A DNA stretch of 64,000 nucleotides from Tubiluchus corallicola (taxonomy: Eukaryota; Animalia; Priapulida): positions 558,001-622,000 of the forward strand of contig JAQGDQ010000093.1 in NCBI GenBank assembly GCA_030141605.1. The letters run 5' to 3'. Below the pieces are notes generated by a model. The model saw only the letters and a list, made by a program, of their open reading frames with translations, searched no databases and was not told where the DNA came from. The translations under genes were made by a program, and so were the position numbers. The first letter of the stretch is position 1; every line of letters starts with the position of its first letter. Shown here piece after piece: positions 52,470-64,000 of the stretch.

Positions 52470-52790
52470 GCCTCTGTTTGCTGCTGGACATTTTTACCCT
52501 AGACATTTCTAGATGGATGCAGAATAGCTGCTTGTAAATATAGTTTCTCCTCGGGCTTCTTATCTATGGAATTCTTTGACAGAAAATTGCTTAATTTCAA
52601 CCTCACACGCTGCAAGAAGAATGTGAAAGCAAGTAAATTAATTATATTTTTCTCGGGCTTCTTATCTATGTAATTCTAGAAATTCCATTTACATGTGTTC
52701 ATATCTTCCCATTATTGCTGTAGCCACTTACGCTGAGTGACCATTGGACTTAATTAAAGCACAAAAGAACACTTTTTTCATAAATAAAAC
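52470..52790 (+). mobile_element. Possible decayed CR1/L2-like LINE 3' end
   Basis: PRASYLWNSL-like reading at about 52548, locally duplicated at about 52650. Confidence 0.35.
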
Positions 52791-53242
52791 TTATCAAATT
52801 CGTCTTGAAACTACATCATTTACATGCAGTCTTATTGCGCACAGAGCTTGTATTAGCAGTAACGTTGTACAAAACATGTAAATTTAAACTCCCACGATGA
52901 CCGTTAGGCGCAGCGGTTTGTCGGTAGGTCATTTCAAACAAGTTTAGATAACATTCAGTAAAGTTTGAAAAAATAATCAGAGCATTCATAGCGTACGCAC
53001 GTCACTAAGTAAGTAAAGTTTGAATTACTTTATATTGTCAATAAGATCAATAATGTTGTTTTTGGTGAATCAGTGGTGCACACTGGGAAGGTGATACGGT
53101 GACGCTTTACCAAATATCTTATTAAGAATTTTTTTGCTATTAGATTAATCTTTCAAACAGGTAAGCGTAATTTTCACTAATATAACATGGCATGGAAAGC
53201 TTATTTGGTATATAGTTTGAAATACCCTTTCTTCCCCTTTAA
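52790..53242 (-). mobile_element. MITE family C-related short subfamily
   Basis: Similar to 44600-45043; ends cttcccctttaa. Confidence 0.7.
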
Positions 53243-54089
53243 TTATTCAGATCGGTTTGTATAAAGAACTTTCCTCCCCCCCCAACAAAATGGGTTCGTC
53301 TGAAAAGCGGAAGTACCATTTATCCGCTTCATTCGCGTGTACACACACAGCAGAACCAACTTTGATGTTATTAACCGAAAACTCCTCTTCAATTTTCCAT
53401 TTTTCTGCTCAGGCTCTTCTGCTTAGCAACAGCACTCCCCACAAATCACCTGACCAGGCTGAGTGAACGTGGATTTTGTATAACAAAGGCTTCGTTTTTC
53501 GATAAACGACGCAAATTACGGTATAATTAACTGCCGCGTAATGAGATTGACAAGAAAATAAATAATGTCAGCTAATTAGTAAGATTTTTATGATTTAATT
53601 TTCGTGTTAATGTAATTTACCTGTTTGTCAGCAGCTTGCGGTGATTAAATTAAATTGAAGCCGGTGAAAATGCAGTGCAATAAATGGCTTCATATATAAA
53701 TGCTCCGTGTTTATTCGAATCACGTGAGCGCAAATCTTATTATTTTTGAAGGTTTTATAAATATCTTTTGCTAAGAAAGTTGTCTGTATGTCGCTTAATT
53801 CTCTGTCTCCCTCAATGCTTTCTCTCTCTCCTCCTCCCCCTCTCTCTTCTTTTCTCTCTCTCTCTCTCTCTCTCTCTCCCTCCTCCCCCTCTTCTTTTTT
53901 CCCTCTCTTTTTGTCTCGCTCTTTCTTTCTCTCTCTTTCTTTCTCTCAGTCACTCTCTCTCTCTCACTCTCTCTCTTTTTCTCTCTTTCTCCCTGTCTCT
54001 CTTTCTTTCTCTTTTTCTCTTTCTCTCTGTTTCTCTCTGTCTCTCTTTCTCTGTTTTTCTCACTCTCTCTCTCTCTGTCTTTCTGTCTG

Positions 54090-54187
<98 letters not shown>

Positions 54188-55539
54188 CTCTGTCTCTTTC
54201 TCTGTCTGTCTCTCTGTATCGGCCCTTGTTTCTCTCTCGCTTCGTCATCGCTTCATTCCTACTAGGTTCGTGGTCTCTTCTTTGTGCTTTTCTCCCCCCT
54301 TTCTTCATTCGTTTCTTTCTTCTTTTCCCTATAGTACGATGGATGAGCACTACAGGTCACACCGACACTATTGATGATAATGACTATGGTAATGATTGCA
54401 TTGGTGATGAAGTATTGGTAATAGTATAATATTAACTGCTAATAGCAACAGCTTTAATAATGAAAAATACTATATTGCTGCCCTCAACGTATGTTATTCT
54501 AATATTGCTTCTGGGTTCAAAAAATTACAGTGTCTATGCTGCAACATTTCAAATATTGAGCTCGTGGATCCGCATTCATTCACAATTTCTTCTTCTTCAC
54601 GCCATTTCGTCTCACAACGGCCGCTATCACATTCCCACCATCTTCGCCTTTGATAGCAGACCAATTCTCAACGCAACAATAGTTGTTTACTTTGTATAAC
54701 CCACTAAAATAAACAGCTCTTGTACACAAGACGAATGCCAATGTGTTTATTTATAACTAACATTAATTAATGAGTGGCCAGGTCAATATGAGCACTTCGA
54801 CTACTTAGTTACCATTGATAATGATGAGCTTCAATAATGAGCTGCGTAAGAGCAGCATAGAGGAGGCAGCAGCTGACCCGCCGCTTCTCCCAGCTTCCCT
54901 AATTTGCATCATTAGCGGGTGATGCTGTGTCAGGCTTCGCACCTGTGTTCTTTCCCAGACTTGTAATTAACCTGAGCAAGTTGAAGCGGGGCGTGTCCAG
55001 GTCTGGTTTGGGAGCGGATCATCTACAAAACGCAGGTGTTTTTTATTACTTTTCTTTTTCTTAGTTAGAAGCTATAAAAATCAGCAGTTTTTCATTGTTG
55101 TCATCATCACTGTAGATGATTTCATGTTTCTTGATGTTTCGGTAGCCCCCTATTTGTCTTTTTTTTTATTTTTGCCCCCCTCCCCAATGTGCTAATAATT
55201 GTGGCTAAAGAAGAATTACCTCTGTCGTTGGTTTTTAAACCTCATAGTGCTAACGATTAAAGCTATGTAATTTGTTTTGCTTTTACATATTTTTTACCTA
55301 GATGGCAGTACGTACCTAATGTCGTTAAGTAATGATGCTGCCTATTCGTTAAGTAGTATTTAGCACGGTGTTAATAATTGTTTTAATTAAAATAATTATG
55401 AAATATAAATTTGGAAATTGCTGGAAATGTCTGGTTTTTCTTGTTGACCTTAAAAGTTTGAAGTGCTTTTAAAGACAGAAAAAGTTGGACACTTTTAAGC
55501 GAATGAATGTTACGGTACGATATAAAAAAGATTAAGTTT

Positions 55540-55860
<321 letters not shown>

Positions 55861-56716
55861 GACTGTCTGTCTGTCTGTCTGTCTGTCTATTTCGCCCCTC
55901 CTTTTTCTCTCTTCCTTCATCATCGCTTCACTCCAACTAGGTTCGTCGTCTCTTCTTTTCTCTTCCCCTTTCTTCATTCGTTTCTTTCTTCTTTTCTGCA
56001 ACACGATGGCTGAGCACAACAGGTCACACCGACGCGGATTTAAAATTCTACATAATTTTAACAGAAAATCAATGCTGCTTTTTTCAACGTCCATTTTGTT
56101 CAACGAACTTGGTCTGTTTGCTGTTTCGGTTTGTTACAGTCGATACTGCTAGTGGAACAGAACGCTACTTCCGTCTCTAAATGCTCTTATTTTCTATCCA
56201 TTTACCTTCGTATTTTACCCGATTTCCAGTCTGCTTATCCAAAGAAAATTCATAGTTGGGCGAATCCATGACGGTGGTACAGAACTTCCCTTTTGTGGTG
56301 TTGCAGATCACCGAAAATAAACCTGTTTAAAAACTCTTATAACTATGCCTGTACTTTTTGCATAATTTGGTCTTTTTCGTTCTTTGTTTGGCTTAGCTGT
56401 AAAAATGGCTGATTTCCCTGCGCCCCCGGTTCGGAGACCTGGATCCGCCACTGAGATTTGCTGCAATTTCTTGCTCATACAACAATCAATGCGTGTATAA
56501 CTTATGTAGATTTGAAGTATGTTGATTCTGCCGCGGAAAATTTTCCTTCTGAAAAGTTTTCCTCTCAAAAACGAGCGCAGAATCCACTATTTGCAAAAAG
56601 CCGCGGGGATGAAGCAAAATACATCCAGAATTGGAAACAAGCTGGAAAATTTCCCGTAATGTCGTACGCATCGGGTTAACGGCGCTTGTTACGATCATCT
56701 AACAAGCTCAGGGAGG

Positions 56717-57317
56717 CAGAGATGGGCGGATAGGGGATTTGCGGATTGCGGATTTGCGATTAAGGATTGTGAATTAAGATGCGGATTTTTAAATCCTAAA
56801 CCGCGTGTAAAGTAAATTTTCAAGTGTTTGCGCAAAAAGTTTACCCAATTTCAGTTTGTTAAGCATTCCCTTGTGTGTAGAAAGGCTTTTTGCCACACTA
56901 AACGACTTTATCACTCCTCACTCCTGTTTTTGCTGTTTCCTGATATTTTACCCGGAAATTCCCAGGCACAATACATTTATAATTACAAATGTTATAGTTT
57001 TTACTCGAGCCTATTATAGTTTGTGGTGTGATGGGCATGATATGGTCAAGTGATGTATTAGTACATCGTGCTGCGTGAGTTGTCGTTGAGGGTCTACAAG
57101 CAAAATTAGGGTGTGGCTAGCAATCTATACAAAGAAACGATTTTTAGTTATAGGGCAACATAGCAAACCTAGTTAATTTGCTGCTTACGTTTTTACGGAT
57201 TGGGGATACAATGATGTTCACATTTCACAAAATCCGCGGATTTTGCGGATGCGAATATTTACAGTTGCAGATTTTGCGGTTGCAGATAAACTAGAAAATG
57301 ATATCCGCCCGTCCTTG
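56717..57317. mobile_element. hAT-like MITE with subterminal GCGGAT repeats
   Basis: TIR cagagatgggcggata / tatccgcccgtccttg; flanks cagggagg / cagggatg (7/8 match). Confidence 0.8.
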
Positions 57318-57830
57318 CAGGGATGGACGTGAGGGGGAAGCACGTCGGATTAATCCGGATTAAGGTGGGGATTAAGATTGTGATTGTAATAGAGTGTAAG
57401 TAATGGATGAGCTCTATGCTGTCTGCCCTGATATTAGCAACAGTCTGTTGAATAGTACTGAAATCAAGTGGCGTCTCTAGAATCTGGGGGTGCAAGAATT
57501 TTTAGAACATAAATGTGTTAAAGCATCATTTCTTCTGTTAGAGTAATAAATCCGCTTTATAGGTGGCGCTAGTGCAATAGAACTCTAGGTTATGTTCAGC
57601 AGTACAATTCAAGCAAGAACTAAAAGTAACATGACAGACGCGTGGCTCGAAAGAGTAATTTAAAACAAAAATTTTTGCATAACGAGAATCTATAGAAAGT
57701 AGATTATAATTGGAATTGACCTCTTGAAGACGTAAATTTTAAATATGACACCCATTGCTGGGAAGATAAGTTTTAAGGATGTATTATCACTTATTCAGTT
57801 TAATGAAAGAATATCTTGTTAAGCGTTTGA

Positions 57831-58521
57831 TTAAAAGGGGAAAACAGCACGATTTTTCATATCCTACCCCATTTTGAAGTACGGTAAAAAGTATACATTT
57901 TAATTCCTATAATAATGCCAAAGCGTTTCTGATAATTAAATAATAGATTAAAAATCTAATTCATAGCGGACGAGCCCAGCTAGTAATGGCGTCACAAACT
58001 AACATAATTTTCTATAGCGAAAATATTCCACGAGCGTGTTTCACGTGTTTGCGAAAGCGAAAATTGTCGTTTTTTCAAAGCAAAACCGGACTCAATCTTA
58101 AACTGCAGGTTAAAACAATCCATCCTTTAAAACATTTAAAGGAAACACACAACGTTTTTCAAAAATATCAAAGAATTATTACCACACAAACACAATTTCA
58201 CGTTCGCGCCACTAGTTCTTCGTTGATAAAAAGTTGCCTAGTTTCAGTACAACACACGGAATATCTTACAGTAGCACTGTACTTCAATTTTCACTTTCGC
58301 AAACACGTCCAACACGCTCATGGAATATTTTTGCTATTGAAAATCGGGTTAGTTTGTGATGTCTGTCATCAATAACTGGGCTCGCTCGCCGTTAATTAAG
58401 TTTTTAATACATTATTTAATTATCAGAAACGCTTTCGCAATATTAATTGAGTTAAAATGTATACTTTTTATCAGACTTGAAAATGGGGAAGTATATGAAA
58501 AATCATCCTGTGTTTCTTTAA
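57831..58521. mobile_element. Composite MITE family A (two left ends, inverted)
   Basis: 57831-58065 is a left end on +; 58077-58521 is an internally deleted copy on -. Confidence 0.75.
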
Positions 58522-59425
58522 GCTTTCTCTCTCCCGTTTTTTCATCATCTAGTCAATCGTTTATTTGAAATGACAACAATGTTGGGTCGTCTGGAAGGCT
58601 GTTTCCGAGCACCCTTTACCCGCCAAATGTTGTGATTAATTTGCCTGTCACACCGAATTACAGCTGATGAAATGACAGAGACAGAGAAGACACGCAAAAA
58701 AGGGGTTAAATGCGTGGATGACGGTTGTGATGTTGTAAATCCGGTAGCCATTGTGTATTGTAAATCTGGATCTTGAGTTTAAACTGCGATTTCTGACGAA
58801 AATGTGTAGCATATGGACAATGATATAGAATATAGATACCATTACCTATTGATGAAATTGCTATAGAAGAAAAATTGCTAAAACGTTCAGCAGATGGCTC
58901 TGGTGGAAAATTGACTTTTCTAGAAGTGTAAATCAAACCGTCTAGAAGCAATTATTGAAGTGGTCGCCTATCAATTTACCGACGAGACTTGGTGCTTCTT
59001 AGTTTTGCAAATAAATATAAATGCTGACCACTCAGTTATTTTATCTTCTCTCTGTAAAATGTTGTTAGTGAACTAAAATTCGTCATTACTCAGTAGTATT
59101 TGCAATTTGTCAGTAATACGTAATTTTTAAAAACATTTATTAAGACTTAAGTCGAATTATGATAGAAAGCCATGCTAGAATTGCTAACGAAAACAAAATT
59201 ATTACGAAGGCGCAATAATTGATCGATCTAGAATTTGATCGAAAGACATAGATATACACCCTTCACCTTACATGTTCTGAAAGGAAAAGAATAGAAAAAG
59301 CAATTTCACTTTTAACTGAACTCAACATTATGGCAATATTGTTGCGTGCTTGCTTACTTACTGACTGTCTAACTGACTAACCGACTAACTAAGTGACTAA
59401 CTGACTAATTAACTAACTAACTAAT

Positions 59426-59561
<136 letters not shown>

Positions 59562-60139
59562 CAACCAACCAACCAACCAACCAACCAACCAACCAACCAA
59601 CCAACCAACCAACCAACCAACTAACTAGTTACTAATTAACTAACTAACCATCGAACTATATAACTAACTAACTCACTCACTCACTGACTGACTCACTCAC
59701 TCACTCACTCACTCATTCACTTACTCAGACACTCACTCACTCACTCACTCACTCACTCACTCACTCACTCACTCACTCACTCACTCACTCACTCATTGCT
59801 TATTGTGTAGAAAACTTGAAAATGATCAATGACTTTTAGTAGCAACCATCTTTTGCATTCCTGACCCTTGCTTTCAATTTCCTAGCTAATTTACTCTGAC
59901 AATTACCAGATTATTGCTTTTAAGTAACTCATCATCATCACCGTCTTATCTGCCATTGTCATCAGTGCACCACCTGCCGGGCATTATAGAAATTGTCTTC
60001 ATCCATGTCGAACCAACAATCATAACAATATCTGACGTAACAATGGCGGGCTCGTTCTAGACGGGTGGAAAACACAATGGAAAAGTGGTGTTCGTTGTAA
60101 TCCTAGTATAATCTTTTGCATAATCTGTGGGGTCGTGTG

Positions 60140-60625
60140 CAATGGCGGGTCGTGTACAGGTACTGTGGTACTGCAGCACCCCCTGTTTTCACTCGTTATT
60201 ATCGATAACATTCAATATGATCTTAAGTTCATTTTTCTTAAGTTCTTTTTTATACTTGTGCGAGACCGGAGTATGTGAGGGTTGCACTGTTTGCTTCACA
60301 GCCCAAACAACGTGGTGTTTGGCTGTTGTGCGCATGCGGCCCATGCGCACGTCTGAAACAACAGGCTGTACGCTAGCGACTGTTGCTAGGTAGAAAAGTA
60401 CTGCCTCTATCACAGTCACATTTGGCACGTGCTTACCGTGTACCGTCATATTCTTGGATGTCATAAAATTGCAGTTATGAAAAGAGGCCGTTCAACACCT
60501 AGTCTTCAAATATAACTACAACATTAAAGTTACACATGTTTGTTACGTTTTACACAGCGTTTAAATAATGGCTAAGAAATTTCTGAAGCAGCACCCCCAC
60601 ATATTTTAGCTACGAGCCGCCCCTG
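60140..60625 (-). mobile_element. hAT-like MITE family D
   Basis: TIR caatggcgggtcgt / acgagccgcccctg; flanks gtcgtgtg / ggcgtgta (6/8 match). Confidence 0.8.
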
Positions 60626-61136
60626 GGCGTGTAGCAAGGCTTGTGCTACTTTGTGTGGGATTGTGGGGTGCTGTTTTTCGAAAAGCGAGATCTCTTCATC
60701 CACCTTTTAGGCTCACTTTTAATCAAATTATTAAAAAAGGGCAAAATTAGTCCAATTACAGTACACGAACTAGCTGTATTTTTATAGATACGCCATCTAT
60801 TAAAAGGAACCGAAGACAGCTACAGGTGTTCGGGATATTATATGACAAAGCTTTTAACTGAGCTGCTCCTAGGTGTCTTTCATATTGAAGATTGAACCCA
60901 ATGATAAGAAAGTTCTAGATGTTAATCCTTTTAGAGCCAGCTGTGAATTATTTTAGGGGGTGGGTGGGGGGTGGTAGTGCACAAAATAATTCTCAAAAGG
61001 TGAGCTGCCTTTTTGTGGTTCAGTAGCACCCCTGTGGTCACCTCTGAGGTGCGCTTTGGAAATGTTTGTATAGAATAGCAAGTTGATGGCAAAATAGAAA
61101 CGGCAGGTGGCTTGCAGTGATTGAGTTAACTCATGG

Positions 61137-61199
<63 letters not shown>

Positions 61200-61207
61200 G
61201 AGAGGAG

Positions 61208-61299
<92 letters not shown>

Positions 61300-61306
61300 G
61301 AGAGAG

Positions 61307-61366
<60 letters not shown>

Positions 61367-62498
61367 TAGGGAGAGAGAGAGAGAGAGAGAAAGAGGAAAG
61401 AGAGAGAGACAGAGAGAGAGAGAAAGAGGAAAGAGAGAGAGAGGCAGAATGAGAAGAAAGAGAAAGAATGAGAGGGAGAATGGGAGGGAGAGAGAGGGTG
61501 GGGGGAAGAAAAAGAAAAACGAAGAAGCGTTTTAATTATTCGACATTAATGTGTCAATGATGTCATCAAAATTATAATACGTAGTTACGCAAATGTCACA
61601 ACTGAGACAGACCACCTTTGCGTAAGAGAGCAACCTTCTCCTAATGACCTATTATTACCTAACAGACAAAGGGTTAGGGTGTACATTTTGTGATGGCACA
61701 TGTCGTGTGTGACCTTTGTCACTGCTTAATTATAGACATGCGATATAAAGATGTTCTCATTGACACAAGATAAGCTTCTCTATGATGTTAGATGCCGAAA
61801 AGATAGACCAGGTTGAGCGCATTTTGTTTGAACATAATCTCGGCAGGTGCACGTGTCTTCATTGGGAATCTGTCGTTAATTACTACTTATCTGTAAGAAA
61901 AGTTAATTAGCCAGCGGCAAAAGAAAATTAAAGACGTTGCCAGACAAGCGTCGTCGTCGTTCTTATTGTTGACGTAGTCGTCGTCGTTGTTGTTATTGTT
62001 GCTGTTGTTGTTGATGTCGCCGCCGTTGTCGTTATCGTCGTTATCATCATCATCATCATCGTCTTGGTTGTTACTGTTGTTCTTGTTGTTGATGGGTCAA
62101 TGTACAAGTCTTCATGCTACTGTGCCAATTATGGAATACGTGATACACGACGTAGAGTTTTAATCACGATGGTAATGGTGGTGGTGGGAGTGACGGTGAC
62201 GGCATAACGATGGCAATTTTTCCTTTCACATTTTCGAAAACAAACATATTTGTGCCTTAGTTTATTTTTCGCTTTTTCCAGTGGCGCCTATCCCCCATTC
62301 CACAGTTTCAGTCATCCCAAAAACAAATGCTCTTTTGTTTTCACAAAAATCGTTCACCTGTTCTCTTGTTTGCTTTCAAAACACGCTGAAAGTTCCCAAT
62401 AACAGCACGAAAACAGACTTCTCGTTAATTTTTATGCAAATTTTCTGGATGGTTTCCATGAACCTTATCGTGGTGTTTATTCATGTGCGGGTCCTAAT

Positions 62499-62761
62499 CA
62501 AGATTTCAGTTTTTGCTGCTAAGTCATGTCTCGATATTTCAGTTTTTGCCGCTTCATCTATCTCAAGATTTCAGTATTTGCTACTTCATCATATCTCAAG
62601 ATTTTTGTTTTTGCTGCTTCATCATGGCTCACGATTTCAGCTTTTGCTACTTTAACATGGTTCAAGATTTCAGTTTTTGCTACTTTATCATGTTTCAAGA
62701 TGTCAGTTTTCGTCGTTTCATAATGGCTGAAGATTTCAGTTTTTGCTGCTTGAACATGGTT
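62499..62761. repeat. 33-bp minisatellite, eight copies
   Basis: Consensus caagatttcagtttttgctgcttcatcatgnyt. Confidence 0.9.
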
Positions 62762-63430
62762 TACTTGTGTTTTCATGACTATAATTAGCCTCTTTGTTTA
62801 GAACCCAAACAGGTCGTCAGTTAGCAGACGTATTTCAAAATAATTAGTGTTTAAAAATAACGTTGAATTTCCTTTTCAACAGTTTTTCAGCCAGTTAAGT
62901 TGTTTTAAAATTACCCACGGTGAACCCTTTACTCACACACTAACCCTTTGCTAACTGCTTCAGTTGATGTTGACCTAATTATGTTTTTTCGACAAACATA
63001 ATTAACTTAATTAGCCCTCGGCGATGATTTCAAATCAGATTTTGCTAAATCGCCTTAATTAATTTCACGCGAACGATAAGAACATTAAGGAGACGAAGTA
63101 ATTGCGCTAATTAGGCAAATTATGAAAATTTACAAGGCATTAACCCTGTGGAGAGGCTTAATAGTGGGGAGTTTAAATTTATAATAGGCGCCAAGCAATT
63201 AGAGTGTGCACACAATTGATGATCAAGAACTCTTGAAATAATTGCTATCATCAGTGTTTTATGGAAGAGGAGTTTCATAGATGTGCTATGCTTTTTATAA
63301 GTAATTATTCCCTGAGCTGATTTGTTTCTTCCTCCCTTTTGCTGGTGTGAGTGACCCTGGACTTCTGTGAGATCTCATGCTTGTGTGCCAACTGTCGTTA
63401 CTACTACTGCTGCCCGCCGCCGCTGTTACC

Positions 63431-63468
<38 letters not shown>

Positions 63469-64000
63469 AGCTACTGTTAAGGTCACATTTATGTTATAAC
63501 TGTGTACAAAACAAAATTAGAGTCGTTACCAGGCTGATATTTGTTGCTGTTGTTGTTGTTGTTGTTGTTGCTGCTGCTGCTGCTGTTGTTGTTGTTGTTG
63601 TTGTTGTTGCTGTCGCTGCTGCTTTTGTCTCTGCCGGCATTGCTACAGTCATCGTCGTCGTCATTGTTGATGTCACTACTATTGTTGTTGCTGCTGTCGA
63701 TGTTGTTGTTGCTGCTACTGTTGTTTTTGTTGCTGTTGCTATTGTTGTTGTTATTGGTGGTGGTGCTGTCAGTGGTGGTGTTGGTCGTTGTAGTGGCGGT
63801 GGTAACGGGCAGCGGTGGTAATGTTAGTGGTTATGATGCTAACTCTATACGCCAGTGTACTCAAAGTATCTGGAAGTCTACAATCGCAAAAACACGAGAC
63901 TTACTTTCATTTAATTGTGTATATTCACATTGCTTACTAATCTTGATAATTAATGTTATTTTGCTTGTTGATCTGTTTGTTTATTTGGTGTGATTGTACC

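Noticed and set aside
57986-58568. ORFs of 129 and 70 aa (also 35905-36168, 11581-11845, 60127-60464)
   Set aside because: They lie inside non-autonomous MITEs, are not conserved between copies and show no transposase motifs.
62499-62761. CRISPR-like array
   Set aside because: Units are contiguous with homologous variable parts, there are no unique spacers or cas genes, and the context is eukaryotic.

Overview
AT-rich eukaryotic (probably bilaterian invertebrate) genomic DNA, dense in repeats. I can support only one real protein-coding gene: an SLC26/SulP anion transporter (16427-18619, +). Its CDS is intronless, and it has a probable 5'-UTR intron, a uORF and a poly(A) signal. Almost all other ORFs in the track are microsatellite or transposon artefacts. 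The rest of the window is a patchwork of three TTAA-flanked Kolobok/T2-like MITE families, several hAT-like MITEs with 8-bp target-site duplications, a Tc1/mariner MITE, foldback elements, CR1 and RTE LINE 3' ends, tRNA-derived SINE heads and long microsatellites. The most notable observation is two unrelated short repeat families that each carry a minimal type I hammerhead ribozyme of the Penelope-like-element kind (six copies within 3.5-12.9 kb). Each family has an inverted, tail-out pair, and one family uses the compensated U3-A8 catalytic core. Also seen: a divergent SLC26 anion-binding pocket, a possible RFX/NF-Y/ETS promoter, CTCF-like sites and candidate micro-exons. All family assignments are by-eye motif recognition; no searches were run, and repeat boundaries are approximate unless a TSD is quoted.
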